The translations under genes were made by a program, and so were the position numbers. Below, piece after piece: positions 29,080 through 38,942 of a DNA stretch of 64,000 nt. How positions within the stretch are numbered: the first letter of the stretch is position 1; the number at the start of each line of letters is the position of its first letter. The stretch is from the sequence record PV764938.1; one strand, 5' to 3'. Below the pieces are notes generated by a model that was given only the letters and a program-made list of their open reading frames with translations, was not told the origin of the DNA and ran no database searches.

Positions 29080-29478
29080 ATGAGACTCTCAGAGATCATC
29101 AATGAAAGTGGAGCTTTGGGCTCCACTTTTGTTATCGAGGGACAAACCGATAATGCGATGCGCGAAGTAATGCGCGCTACGCTTATTCCGTTGAAATCCC
29201 AAAAGGTCAGCAAGATCACAGTTGATCAGTTCATGGATACCATCCGTGAAAACCCAATGCTCCAGGGCATTGACTTCGATCAGTCCTATGTGGTTGACCA
29301 ACTCGGTAAGTCCAAGGTTGTAAATAAAATACAAGCGGATCCCGAGAACAACGGGCTGATGACCATCTATTTCGACTTCCCAGTTGGCGATCGTCAAATC
29401 GATGCAAAGCAAGCGGAACGCGAAAAGGAAAGTATTAAGAAGTCCGCACTTCGAGCTATTAAGGACAAACAGAAGTGA
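29080..29478 (+). CDS. late hypothetical protein
   Basis: MRLSEIINES leader. Confidence 0.7.
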   Translation: MRLSEIINESGALGSTFVIEGQTDNAMREVMRATLIPLKSQKVSKITVDQFMDTIRENPMLQGIDFDQSYVVDQLGKSKVVNKIQADPENNGLMTIYFDFPVGDRQIDAKQAEREKESIKKSALRAIKDKQK

Positions 29479-31298
29479 CCAAACTAACTGAAGGCCGTGG
29501 AATTGTTGATCGCATTGTTTTGGACGGAATGGATATTTCCATCGAGGTCGAAGCCGGCGGTACACGCTCTGGCGTAAACTTTAAGGGTGAACGCTGGGAG
29601 AACAAAGTCAAAGCGGCTTACGGTTATATCTTGGGTACAAACTCTCCGGATGGGGAACACCTGGATGTATGGGTGAAGAAAAACGCAAAGGACGGACGTC
29701 CTGTATTCGTTATTCATCAGTTGACTCCCGATGGTTCCAAGTACGATGAAGACAAGGTAATGCTCGGATATTCCTCCGCTGAGGAAGCCATTAAGGCGTT
29801 CAAGGATCATGCGTTCAAACCCGAAAAGATGTTCGGTGGATGCTCGGAGTTTGGTATCGAGCATTTCAAAGTAATTGCGTATCAGGCATCCAACAGTAAA
29901 GCGATGCTTGCTAGTCAAAAAATGTTCGACAAGTTCGTCGAAAAGGGTCTCCTCCCCAAGGGTATAAAGAGCCCAATTCAAGTCAGCCAAATCGTTAAAG
30001 AAGGTGCAAATATGGGTCTCTATATTTCCTACAAATCCCACATTGTCGCTGAGTCAGCTCTCGATCTGGCTCTTACAGGAGGGCTCAAGGCTCGCAAGGC
30101 TAACATGGATCTCATTTTTGAATCACAGAGTGATCTCGGCAATTTCATTAAGCTCATCGATGAGAACATGGAAGATCGTGCTCACCTCGGTGACCTGCAT
30201 GATATGCTTCCGGAGTCCATGGAAGTTATCATGGAGTCGAACTTGTCCGACGCTATTGACGACCTCAAGTCCGAGCTAAAGGTGGAAATGAACTCCACAC
30301 AGATCCATCAGTTGGTTAACTCCATCGCAGCCGACTACGGTATCAACCAGGCAACTCTGTCCGGTGCATTCGAGAAAGCAACAAAGACTTCGATTCATTC
30401 CTGGGCTGCATATCGTGACGCAAACAATGCGGTACTACAGCAACAGAAGGACAATGAGAAACGCGCTGCTGATAAGGCTGCCGCTGACAAGAAGGCTGCA
30501 ACCGCAGCACGTCGCAAAGCAAGCTCTCCACAGGGCAAGATGAGCGAACTCGTTCGCTATGTCATGGATCGCATTGGTAACTACTTTCCGGATGGTGATC
30601 CAACAGACGCCGTAATCGATGGCCTCTCTGAGTTGGGCATTGACACACACGAATACTACCAGAAATATGAGAAGTATTTCCGCAAGTTGTTCAAGGCCGA
30701 AACCGGTTACGAAACACCTTACGATTACGCTGCTGGTATTTGGGACGATATGGCCGCTGATAATCCGGAGGAATACGGCGATCGTAATCCTTATCGTGAA
30801 TCCGTCGATGCAATGCTCAAGCTTGCCGGTGTTAAGACTGCAATCGTTGAATCCACACGCACTCCGCTTGTTCATGCAAGCCGTAGCGTAGTTGGTGCAA
30901 TCAACGAAACACACAACTCTGCGCTACGTGCCTATATGGTCGGATATGCCGTTAAGAAGCAGAGAGCACTCACGGAATCGGTTAGTGAAGTTGATATGGA
31001 TGCGGCACTGCGTCGCTATGCAAACACACTCCTGGCTTATCCAAAGGCTTCTGCAGAAACAGTTCTTCGTGTAGTTGCGGAAAAGGTTGTTCGTGGTGAT
31101 GAACGTGCCCTGCGTGAACATGTTGGCGCCACAACTGGCCTGTCCGTAGATGCATTCCGCGAAGCTATTGCTCAGCGCGTATGGAAGGACAACCGAATTA
31201 GCCGTCAGGTATTCGAGTCTCTTATGGAAGCAACCGAAGCTGGTTGGAACCTAGACTGTCCGGATAAGGGTACTGCTTTCGCTAAGGCTTGCCGCTAA
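29475..31298 (+). CDS. virion protein with N-terminal inorganic-pyrophosphatase-like (InPase) domain
   Basis: ISIEVEAGGTRSG...YGYILGT..PDGEHLDVWV...YDEDKVMLGY..AEEA. Confidence 0.75.
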   Translation: MTKLTEGRGIVDRIVLDGMDISIEVEAGGTRSGVNFKGERWENKVKAAYGYILGTNSPDGEHLDVWVKKNAKDGRPVFVIHQLTPDGSKYDEDKVMLGYSSAEEAIKAFKDHAFKPEKMFGGCSEFGIEHFKVIAYQASNSKAMLASQKMFDKFVEKGLLPKGIKSPIQVSQIVKEGANMGLYISYKSHIVAESALDLALTGGLKARKANMDLIFESQSDLGNFIKLIDENMEDRAHLGDLHDMLPESMEVIMESNLSDAIDDLKSELKVEMNSTQIHQLVNSIAADYGINQATLSGAFEKATKTSIHSWAAYRDANNAVLQQQKDNEKRAADKAAADKKAATAARRKASSPQGKMSELVRYVMDRIGNYFPDGDPTDAVIDGLSELGIDTHEYYQKYEKYFRKLFKAETGYETPYDYAAGIWDDMAADNPEEYGDRNPYRESVDAMLKLAGVKTAIVESTRTPLVHASRSVVGAINETHNSALRAYMVGYAVKKQRALTESVSEVDMDAALRRYANTLLAYPKASAETVLRVVAEKVVRGDERALREHVGATTGLSVDAFREAIAQRVWKDNRISRQVFESLMEATEAGWNLDCPDKGTAFAKACR

Positions 31299-31304
31299 CA
31301 TATT

Positions 31305-31335
31305 CAGGAACAATTGTTAATTGCAATTGTTCCTG
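31305..31335. terminator. 12-bp perfect inverted repeat ending the late block
   Basis: CAGGAACAATTG-N7-CAATTGTTCCTG followed by TTT. Confidence 0.5.
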
Positions 31336-31384
31336 TTTCCATGTAAGAATGGGAATTAAGATTCCACAAAAATAAGAAGAAACT

Positions 31385-32074
31385 ATGGAAATCAATAAAC
31401 TTTACGAATACGAAAAACTTGAACGAGTCACGCATGAAGATGGTTCCCGCTATTATGTTAGCCCACAGAACGATCATCTGAGTTCTGTAACTACGATTCT
31501 CAGTGCAACCTCCTATAGCCCGGAACTAGAAGCCTGGCAAAAGCGAGTAGGACTCCAAGAAGCAGAGCGTGTTCGTGTAGAGGCTACCGGCTTGGGTTCG
31601 CTCATGCACACACACTTGGAAAACTACGTGATGGGTGAAGAGCGTCCCGGTGGCAATAACATCGTTCGCGTCATGGCCAAGAACATGGCAGATCAGGTTA
31701 TCGAAAAGGGTCTCTGCAACGTCAATGAAGTCTGGGGCATGGAAGAGATTCTGTATTACCCGGGACTTTACGCGGGAACGTCCGACTTGATTGGTATCCA
31801 CAATGGTGAGCCGGCAATCATGGACTACAAGACTTGCCGCAAGATGAAGAAGAAAGCCACCATCACGGACTATTCTCTCCAGGGTGCAGCTTACAGTATC
31901 GCACACAACCACATTCACGGCACCGACATTAAGAAGATCGTTATCTTCATGGTCAGCCGCGATATGGAATTCCAGGAATACATTTGGGAAGGTGACGAAT
32001 TCGAGAAGGCCAAGGAACTTTGGCTAATGCGTTTGGAAGCATTCCATTCGACCAACAAGAAGCTTGGTCAATAA
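31385..32074 (+). CDS. PD-(D/E)XK exonuclease
   Basis: SVTTIL, GSLMH, YAGTSDL, IMDYKT, Y-x-x-Q motifs. Confidence 0.85.
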   Translation: MEINKLYEYEKLERVTHEDGSRYYVSPQNDHLSSVTTILSATSYSPELEAWQKRVGLQEAERVRVEATGLGSLMHTHLENYVMGEERPGGNNIVRVMAKNMADQVIEKGLCNVNEVWGMEEILYYPGLYAGTSDLIGIHNGEPAIMDYKTCRKMKKKATITDYSLQGAAYSIAHNHIHGTDIKKIVIFMVSRDMEFQEYIWEGDEFEKAKELWLMRLEAFHSTNKKLGQ

Positions 32075-32075
32075 G

Positions 32076-32100
32076 AAAAGCGGCCAAGTTGGCCGCTTTT
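32076..32100. terminator. bidirectional terminator
   Basis: AAAAGCGGCC-AAGTT-GGCCGCTTTT between convergent genes. Confidence 0.8.
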
Positions 32101-32352
32101 TCACCAAATAACTACCGCTTTGAATTCTTCGCCGAACTCGTCCTTGTGGTTCTTCCACACAGCATCTTCAGTCCGTGCGAAATACTTGGGATCATTCTTC
32201 GATTTCATGAGCTGGTCATAGTTGAGCCAGTGTCCAATATAATCGGAATCGACGGGCGGAAAATCACCAGCAGAACCGCGCTTATGAAGGGGAAGGTTTT
32301 GGTCGACCTTTAGGAGTATTTCCACAAGATCCCTAACGCACATTTCTGCCAT
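32101..32352 (-). CDS. hypothetical protein
   Basis: Last gene of minus-strand early cluster. Confidence 0.6.
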   Translation of the reverse strand: MAEMCVRDLVEILLKVDQNLPLHKRGSAGDFPPVDSDYIGHWLNYDQLMKSKNDPKYFARTEDAVWKNHKDEFGEEFKAVVIW

Positions 32353-32822
32353 CAGACCTTCTCCACTTTCTTCTGCTCGGCCTTCAGTTTGCCGACGGCT
32401 TCTTCAACATGCTTGCAGCGGCGACCACGTTCGCCGGCCGGACAAGTGCAGGACCAAGAGAACTTGGCCTTGGTGACAACGTAGGTGTTGCCCTTGGAAC
32501 CCTTGATCTCGAAAGTCCGATCCGCAGCTTTCTCTTCCACCATGATCGCTTTGAAAGCGCCGTTGGTTTCCTCGTGAAGTGCCTGCGCCTTGATCTGTTC
32601 GATTGAAGTCACGAACTTGAGGTCGATAGTTTTGATCCGCATTTTGGGATCATCCGTAAGGAGCGCGAAAGTGTTCTCACCTTCCCATTCCTGGGACTCC
32701 ATCACCTTGCCGACAGTCGTGTACTTGCGTTGGACGAGCCAGTGGAAGTTCTTTTTGGGCTCGGAATAGTCAGTAGTGACTCGAACCCATGTGCCGACTT
32801 TGGGCTTCTTGATATCAGCCAT
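32352..32822 (-). CDS. SWIM zinc-finger protein
   Basis: WSCTCPAGERGRRCKHV (CxC-xn-CxH). Confidence 0.75.
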   Translation of the reverse strand: MADIKKPKVGTWVRVTTDYSEPKKNFHWLVQRKYTTVGKVMESQEWEGENTFALLTDDPKMRIKTIDLKFVTSIEQIKAQALHEETNGAFKAIMVEEKAADRTFEIKGSKGNTYVVTKAKFSWSCTCPAGERGRRCKHVEEAVGKLKAEQKKVEKV

Positions 32823-33045
32823 TTGCGTAGATCCTTCTCCACTCACTCAGCAGCATAAACTCGTTGGCCGAATAGTCAACCAGTTTGGAACGACCGGCTC
32901 CGTTTTTGGACCAAATGAAGACCATGTTGGCTTCTACCCGTTCAACAATAAAGCTGGGAACGGCACCGCGGCTTCGGAATATTACTTCGTCGCCAGGCCG
33001 AAACGGATTGGTTTTGCTAGGAGGGGTCCAACCGCCGTTAGTCAA
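32815..33045 (-). CDS. hypothetical protein (TTG start)
   Basis: LTNGGWTPPSKTNPFRPGDEV..., overlaps upstream stop. Confidence 0.5.
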   Translation of the reverse strand: MTNGGWTPPSKTNPFRPGDEVIFRSRGAVPSFIVERVEANMVFIWSKNGAGRSKLVDYSANEFMLLSEWRRIYANG

Positions 33046-33316
33046 TTTTGATCCTCCCGTTATAGAGGTCCGACATATAGATGGCAGCCTCGAGGCAAAG
33101 CTTTGCCGAGCTTTTCGAAAGGGCCAGTCCATGTGCGATTTTGTGAATATTCCGAGCCTCGTCTCCGTAGAGGTCCTCGACCTGCTGCTTTGCAGCATAG
33201 CCCGCAACCTCGCGGAAAACCTTCAGTTCCGCCGACATCATCTGGATCAGATCGACCAGGTCGCGAACGTTCGTGTAGTTCCCAACGGTATGTTCGATTT
33301 CCTTGTCGGTGATCAT
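33038..33316 (-). CDS. hypothetical protein
   Basis: GGAG RBS. Confidence 0.65.
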   Translation of the reverse strand: MITDKEIEHTVGNYTNVRDLVDLIQMMSAELKVFREVAGYAAKQQVEDLYGDEARNIHKIAHGLALSKSSAKLCLEAAIYMSDLYNGRIKID

Positions 33317-33319
33317 CGA

Positions 33320-33727
33320 TTACTCCTTCGGCTCGACAGTTGCAGTGAACCAGCTTTCAACACCGCCGCCGTCCCATTCGTAGTTGAACTTGCCGACGAG
33401 ACCGTTTTCATCAGCCCAGTCGAAGAAGCTCTGGAAAGCATGAAAGTGTGGGTGATTCATGGCCTCGAACTTACCGACCATCGTTTTGGTGGGCCAGCCG
33501 TACGTATTGAAGGGCTCCCACTTCGGGAACTTCTCGGGCTTGAAAGTGCGACCGGCTTCGATGGCCGATTCGATGATTGCAATTTGACGTTCGATTTCAT
33601 TGCGGATCGTGGCGTCGTCAGCCTTGAACTTGGCGAGATCTGCCTCACGCTTTGCGATTTCAGCCTTATTGGCGGCCTCTGCACGAGCAATGTTGGCCGC
33701 CTTAAGCTTTTCACCGAGATTGGTCAT
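33320..33727 (-). CDS. early hypothetical protein
   Basis: AGGAGATCGAAAATG leader; promoter TTGACA at 33791-33796. Confidence 0.75.
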   Translation of the reverse strand: MTNLGEKLKAANIARAEAANKAEIAKREADLAKFKADDATIRNEIERQIAIIESAIEAGRTFKPEKFPKWEPFNTYGWPTKTMVGKFEAMNHPHFHAFQSFFDWADENGLVGKFNYEWDGGGVESWFTATVEPKE

Positions 33728-33823
33728 TTTCGATCTCCTTGCTTGCGCTTGTGCGCTTCCATGTTCTCAACATAACATAGGAACCAAGGATGTCAACCAG
33801 TTCAGGAAGATTTTTCTTCCTGA

Positions 33824-34072
33824 TTACCAGGAGCCGTATCGAATAACGCCGCTGTTGTAGAGCTCGATGACACGTGGCTTGATCGTGCCCTCTTTATGCT
33901 CCAAGTATTTGGCTTCAGCCTCGGGTTTCACAACCCACGTCTGATGACCGAAAAACGGGTTGCTGGTTTCGAGGTCAGCGAGGGTGAGGCCGGTGTCGGC
34001 GATCACAGCCTCAATGAGATTTTCCGGACGTGGATACCCTGGCGGGCAATCAAGTTCGATGGTCTGCGGCAT
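33824..34072 (-). CDS. early hypothetical protein
   Basis: GAGGAGATCGAAATG leader. Confidence 0.7.
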   Translation of the reverse strand: MPQTIELDCPPGYPRPENLIEAVIADTGLTLADLETSNPFFGHQTWVVKPEAEAKYLEHKEGTIKPRVIELYNSGVIRYGSW

Positions 34073-34092
34073 TTCGATCTCCTCTGTTGCAT

Positions 34093-34566
34093 TTAGAGTC
34101 CAAATCTTGCCTTCAACTCACGTTCGACCTTTTCGGTCATTGGTCCGCGAATCATGTTGTGGATTCTAGCGAAAGCCAACTGCGAGTGCAAACTTGTCGG
34201 AACGGTTGCCCACAACGTGATCAAGTCGATCTTCATTTCGAACATCTCGAGAAGTTTGAAACTACGAGGATCGTTATTGCCGAATACGTCGTGACAACCC
34301 TTGAGCACGATAACTTTGTTTTCGGCCACAGCATTTTTCAAGGTGCCGGCCATCCAGCTCTCAATCTTAAAGAGCGGATTGTTCATGTTGTAGGTGATGT
34401 AGGGAGTCTGGAGAGCTTCGAATTCCTGTTCCAGAACCGTTATGATTTGGGTTGCCCACATATCGCCGACAATTGCAGTGTTCAGCTTACCTTGAAAGGC
34501 AGCGATCCTAGCAATCCCACGAATCTGGGAATGGAACAATGGAAGAGCTTCGAAGAATCCGCTCAT
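34093..34566 (-). CDS. hypothetical protein
   Basis: GGAGG RBS; coupled. Confidence 0.65.
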   Translation of the reverse strand: MSGFFEALPLFHSQIRGIARIAAFQGKLNTAIVGDMWATQIITVLEQEFEALQTPYITYNMNNPLFKIESWMAGTLKNAVAENKVIVLKGCHDVFGNNDPRSFKLLEMFEMKIDLITLWATVPTSLHSQLAFARIHNMIRGPMTEKVERELKARFGL

Positions 34567-34838
34567 GCTGCCTCCGGACGGATATATTCGATTTCGTATT
34601 CGGATGGCTTGAACTCGCCAATACCACCGCCGCAGCGAACACCGACGATCAGGTCGAGTTCCGGATCACATGCGGATTCGACCACATCGAGAACAGCCTG
34701 ACGCTTGGTACGCAAAGCTTTGGCGATTGCCGAAACCTTCATGTAATCGGACTCGCCCATTACACGCTTGATCTCGGCAACTGCCTTTTCATCGATGAGG
34801 TCGGCAAACTTGGTCTTGGTCATTAGATCAGATCCCAA
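34563..34838 (-). CDS. hypothetical protein
   Basis: Operon context; start uncertain. Confidence 0.6.
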   Translation of the reverse strand: MGSDLMTKTKFADLIDEKAVAEIKRVMGESDYMKVSAIAKALRTKRQAVLDVVESACDPELDLIVGVRCGGGIGEFKPSEYEIEYIRPEAA

Positions 34839-35020
34839 GTGTTGTTGGTGACGGTTTCGTCAGTCGCGTCGATCATGACCGCGGCCATTGCAGGAGAAAC
34901 TTCGATCTCACCGGCGACTTTTGCGATGACTTTTTCGCGGGCTGCACCACGCAGGGAACCGAATTCACGGTCCATGAGGTGGGCGATTGCTGCTTTGAGG
35001 ATTGCTACTTCGTTGTCCAT
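34823..35020 (-). CDS. early hypothetical protein
   Basis: Follows promoter/RBS cassette copy. Confidence 0.7.
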   Translation of the reverse strand: MDNEVAILKAAIAHLMDREFGSLRGAAREKVIAKVAGEIEVSPAMAAVMIDATDETVTNNTWDLI

Positions 35021-35076
35021 CTTCGATCTCCTTGTGTTGTCCGAAGAATAACATAGGAACCAAAGTTGTCAACCAG
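35018..35076 (-). promoter_or_regulatory. early promoter plus RBS cassette (repeat of 5823-5881)
   Basis: 32 bp identical CTGGTTGACAACTTTGGTTCCTATGTTATTCT plus identical AGGAGATCGAAGATG. Confidence 0.8.
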
Positions 35077-35101
35077 AAATGGGAATGGACTGAGATTTCT
35101 C

Positions 35102-35482
35102 TCAGCCCATCGACAGCTTGAGGATCATTACGATCTGTTCGTCCGTCAATACCGAAGTATCGATGTGGTCGAACGGCTCGACAACCCGCTGTAGCGTCCT
35201 AAAGTCGATACCATACGGGGTCGCATTGTTATCGGCATAGTGACGCAGTTCGGCCAACGTTATCTCAGTCGGATCCCACTGATCTTCCAAGCCGTAGCAG
35301 GAGCAGTGCGAACCGGTAACCAAGAACAATCGACCACCTTTGAGAAAGATCACTCCGGCGGAGCCATCGTAACCTTCGATCTCATAGGATGCGTACAGGA
35401 AATGCAGTCCTTCACGGTCGGCGCCGGAGACGCTGAAGTTAGAGAATACATCGTCTGCACACGTAAATTCGCCGTAAAACAT
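35102..35482 (-). CDS. conserved phage hypothetical protein
   Basis: GSHCSCYGLEDQW motif; GGAG RBS. Confidence 0.75.
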   Translation of the reverse strand: MFYGEFTCADDVFSNFSVSGADREGLHFLYASYEIEGYDGSAGVIFLKGGRLFLVTGSHCSCYGLEDQWDPTEITLAELRHYADNNATPYGIDFRTLQRVVEPFDHIDTSVLTDEQIVMILKLSMG

Positions 35483-35624
35483 TTCTTTCTCCTAAATTGC
35501 GTTGCATAGCAGGCAACCTTATCTCGGAGTGATCTGTTCTTTAGCGAACTCACACACAGTAGCAAAAGCATTGGTCTTTGTCAACCAGGTTTAGATAAAT
35601 ATTGAAAACAAAGGGAGACGATCG

Positions 35625-36539
35625 ATGCCTGTTACACAAATCAGCAGAATCCAGATCCGTCGCGGGCCCAAGGATAACATTCCACAGGCTCTCGAGGAAG
35701 GCGAAATGGCTATGACCACCAATACCGGCGAGGTATTCATTGGTGCTCCTAACCTGCCAAAGATCGCCCATCGCGGTGGATCGATCTTCCCGTATCAAAA
35801 CATTCGCCTGATCACAGAGTTCGACTTGGTTCACTCCATGCACGATCACGTTGTGACTACTGGCCCGCTTATGCGAATCACAGCTCCAACTCGTACAGAC
35901 GACTCCAAGACATTCTCGTTCATGTACTTGGGCGCTCCTGAAGATTTGACTCCTGGTCTCCGTGTAATCGAACTTGGTTTCGACGGTGTTGCTCCGGCTC
36001 CTGGCGATCTTCGCGGTCGCGTAATGAGCAAAGCAACTCTGATCCGTGGCACTGATGGCAACTCTCAGACTGTACCGTACGCGGCTTTCAACGTGTTCCA
36101 CAAGAATGGTTCAGCTACACCAAACAGCTTCATGACAATCGACTTGGATGCAGCTGGTCTCGCAAGTTTGCACCCGGCGGATCGCTTCCTCATTACGTTT
36201 TTGAATCTCGATGTTGTTGCAGAGTTTCCGCTTGCTGAGTCCGATAGTTTCGTAATGGACTACTCGATGACTTCAGACGTCGAAGTCAACAACCTGCGTG
36301 TTCGTCGCACCGGCACACTTCACATCGTTTGTGATGATTATTCCGTAGCGATGATCGATCACGGTGTTGATCTGAACCAGGATCCAACGAATAACAATTT
36401 CATGAAGATCGTTTGGTCCGGACACATCGAGCAACGATCTGGTTTCCCTTGGGTTATCCTGACATGTACGAATGCCAGCTATTATCCCGTAAGCATTACA
36501 TTTGCCGGCTCTCGCTGGTCGCATACTTCGGAGGCCTAA
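35625..36539 (+). CDS. tail/virion protein with Mtd-N-like N-terminus
   Basis: QISRIQIRRG...EEGEMA..TNTGEVFIG; TAAATA at 35596. Confidence 0.7.
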   Translation: MPVTQISRIQIRRGPKDNIPQALEEGEMAMTTNTGEVFIGAPNLPKIAHRGGSIFPYQNIRLITEFDLVHSMHDHVVTTGPLMRITAPTRTDDSKTFSFMYLGAPEDLTPGLRVIELGFDGVAPAPGDLRGRVMSKATLIRGTDGNSQTVPYAAFNVFHKNGSATPNSFMTIDLDAAGLASLHPADRFLITFLNLDVVAEFPLAESDSFVMDYSMTSDVEVNNLRVRRTGTLHIVCDDYSVAMIDHGVDLNQDPTNNNFMKIVWSGHIEQRSGFPWVILTCTNASYYPVSITFAGSRWSHTSEA

Positions 36540-36542
36540 TCG

Positions 36543-37769
36543 ATGAGCTCGACAACAAACCTGAATAACCTGGATAACCAAGTCGCACAGTACGGTGCAA
36601 CTGGTGCCGTAGCTTTGCCGATCGGTACAAACATTCAGCGCCCGAAGAACCCGGCAAACGGTATGCTTCGTTGGAACTCCACAACAAACGCTTTGGAGCT
36701 TTACGGTCCAACAACTTGGAACTCTATCCTGAACAAGCAGGATATCGAAGACGCATACGTGAAGATTGCTGAACCTAAGTTCGAAGGTGATCTCGACGCA
36801 GGCGGGCACAAGTTGGGGAATATCGCTGCGCCAGCTGCAAATGGTGATGCCGTAAACTTGGGCTACTTGGAGCAACGATTCACAGCGGGTACCGGAATTA
36901 ATGCTGACACTCTCGACGGTCACGATTCCCTATACTTTGCGACTCAATACGATGTCACTGACCTCCAGAACCTCGTAGGACAAGTTCAGACCAACTTGAA
37001 CGCGCACATTGCGGACAAGGATAATCCTCACGAGACCACAAAGGCTCAGGTCGGACTGGATCAGGTTGATAACACTTCGGATCTAGATAAGCCGATTTCC
37101 ACAGCCACACAGACCGCGTTGAATGGTAAGGTCAACAAGGCCGGCGACACAATGCAGGGCAACCTGAGTATCGGTTACAACAACCTCATGGACATCATGA
37201 ACTTCGTGGGTTCCATTTGGTACTTTGCTCGTGAGAATGCTCCGGCTGGCTTCCTCGTATGTAATGGGGCTGCCGTTTCTCGTACCAACTATTCGCGCTT
37301 GTTCTCTATCATCGGTACACGTTTTGGTGCAGGCGATGGATCCACAACATTCAACTTGCCCGATTTGCGTGGTATGTTTCTTCGTGGTTGGGCGCTTGGT
37401 GGTTTCCCGACGGATCCTGGTCGCGTAATGGGCTCATTCCAAGCCGACGCATTCAAGGCTCACAAGCACGATCTCAACGAAGCTGCTCACACCCACACGG
37501 GCTCCACAGGACCTGCTGGTCAGCACCATCACGCTGTTATGAACGGCGCAGGTGGTCAGGAAACAGACTCCGTTGGCGATCGTAAAAACTTCGCAGCACG
37601 TGACTACGCAACTAGCTTCTATAGTGATCCCAACGTTGTGCAGCCAGCGGGTGAACACACTCACCCCGTAACATTGAATGGTGCGAAGACAAATATCACG
37701 ATGGAAAACGCGGGTGGAACAGAAACACGCCCGATGAACGTCGCGATGCTTGCTTGTATCATGTACTAA
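36543..37769 (+). CDS. tail fibre protein with tail-collar domain
   Basis: VGSIWYFA..APAGFLVCNGAAVSRTNYSRLFSIIG..FNLPDLRGMFLRG; H-x-H repeats; ETRPMNVA. Confidence 0.9.
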   Translation: MSSTTNLNNLDNQVAQYGATGAVALPIGTNIQRPKNPANGMLRWNSTTNALELYGPTTWNSILNKQDIEDAYVKIAEPKFEGDLDAGGHKLGNIAAPAANGDAVNLGYLEQRFTAGTGINADTLDGHDSLYFATQYDVTDLQNLVGQVQTNLNAHIADKDNPHETTKAQVGLDQVDNTSDLDKPISTATQTALNGKVNKAGDTMQGNLSIGYNNLMDIMNFVGSIWYFARENAPAGFLVCNGAAVSRTNYSRLFSIIGTRFGAGDGSTTFNLPDLRGMFLRGWALGGFPTDPGRVMGSFQADAFKAHKHDLNEAAHTHTGSTGPAGQHHHAVMNGAGGQETDSVGDRKNFAARDYATSFYSDPNVVQPAGEHTHPVTLNGAKTNITMENAGGTETRPMNVAMLACIMY

Positions 37770-37797
37770 ATATTCACAAGTACAACAAACTTTGGGT

Positions 37798-38262
37798 ATG
37801 ATAATGAATCCGTTTTTGCTACCTGAGAAAGATCGTATGCTTTCCTGGAGAGAGCTTCGTAACCAAATCTCTGCACTTCCCGATGATGAAAAGTTTGAAC
37901 CACTTCTGCGTTGGTGGGCAAAGGCTCCTATTTGTGCCTACGCAATCGATGCCTACGATTGCTCGCAGTGGCCAACACCTTGGGAACTCTTGAATGAGAA
38001 TATGTTCTGCACAAGTGCGATTGCATACTTGATGGCGCAGACACTCATCTTGGGCGGCGTGAACGAAAACCGTATCATTCTCTCTTGCATCAAGAGCAAT
38101 GACGACGAACGACTCATTGTCATTGTCGACGACAGCATCGTACTAAACTATTCGTATGGTGAAGTTTTCGCTTGGAGCGATATCAAGGACGAATTCGTAG
38201 AACGCCAGTCCTACCGTTTCTCCGACGCCAAGGCAATTCCGATTAGCCGTACCGCAGCTTAA
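37798..38262 (+). CDS. transglutaminase/papain-like fold protein (putative)
   Basis: WPTPWELL...FCTSAIAYLMAQTL Cys-helix pattern. Confidence 0.45.
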   Translation: MIMNPFLLPEKDRMLSWRELRNQISALPDDEKFEPLLRWWAKAPICAYAIDAYDCSQWPTPWELLNENMFCTSAIAYLMAQTLILGGVNENRIILSCIKSNDDERLIVIVDDSIVLNYSYGEVFAWSDIKDEFVERQSYRFSDAKAIPISRTAA

Positions 38263-38476
38263 ACAGAACAGCTTCTGCGGGGTCTTCGAACCAGAAATCC
38301 CGCAGAAGTTTGTAATGATTGCCTGTGAGTTCGTTTTGGCAGTAATCAATTGCAGCGCGGTATTCCGCACTGAACTCACTCATCACAGGAGTGTCACGTA
38401 GCTCCACTCGCACCCATAGTTCAGCACCTTTTGCTAATTTGAAGATTGTCTCGGGTACGGGTTTGTTCTCGCGCAT
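38243..38476 (-). CDS. F-x4-DA-x-LFKL family protein
   Basis: FWFEDPAEAVLFKLRYG. Confidence 0.7.
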   Translation of the reverse strand: MRENKPVPETIFKLAKGAELWVRVELRDTPVMSEFSAEYRAAIDYCQNELTGNHYKLLRDFWFEDPAEAVLFKLRYG

Positions 38477-38496
38477 AAGCGCATTCTAACGAATTG

Positions 38497-38754
38497 TCAA
38501 AGAAAACGCAATTTGTAGAGCATCGCGTCGCGTGCTTCTTCAAACCAATAACCGGGCCTACTGGTGCGATCAACGCAGAATCGACCTGCCGATTCTACGC
38601 GAACAAACTCATGCACTTGAGTACGGTGTTCAAGCCGTTCGCGTAGCTCGTACATTTCGGAGTAATCGACTGCTGGTACGAAATGCCAAGTCGCTCGATA
38701 GCCATTGCTGGCGAAAGTCTCTGGAAGGATTTGTTTAGTTGGAAAGTCAGTCAT
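38497..38754 (-). CDS. F-x4-DA-x-LFKL family protein
   Basis: YWFEEARDAMLYKLRFL. Confidence 0.7.
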   Translation of the reverse strand: MTDFPTKQILPETFASNGYRATWHFVPAVDYSEMYELRERLEHRTQVHEFVRVESAGRFCVDRTSRPGYWFEEARDAMLYKLRFL

Positions 38755-38893
38755 CTGCGTCTTTGCGTTCTAGTTCCCGTTTGCGCTTTGCCATCTTGTA
38801 GGCAAAGTCTTCGGCTTGCTCCAGAAGACGTTCGGTTTCGGAACGTTCAATTTGTTCGAGCTCTTGCTTCTTGTGCGGGAACCAGTGACGCAT
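38747..38893 (-). CDS. 48-aa charged peptide MRHWFPHKKQELEQ...
   Basis: Translated by hand; GAGGT RBS; overlaps next start. Confidence 0.6.
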   Translation of the reverse strand: MRHWFPHKKQELEQIERSETERLLEQAEDFAYKMAKRKRELERKDADD

Positions 38894-38942
38894 GGATGAC
38901 CTCAAATTGTTTGTCTACAATTTATTGGTTGATACTCAGAAG

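Noticed and set aside
32885-33775. 296-aa plus-strand ORF
   Set aside because: Shadow of minus-strand early genes that have clear promoter/RBS cassettes
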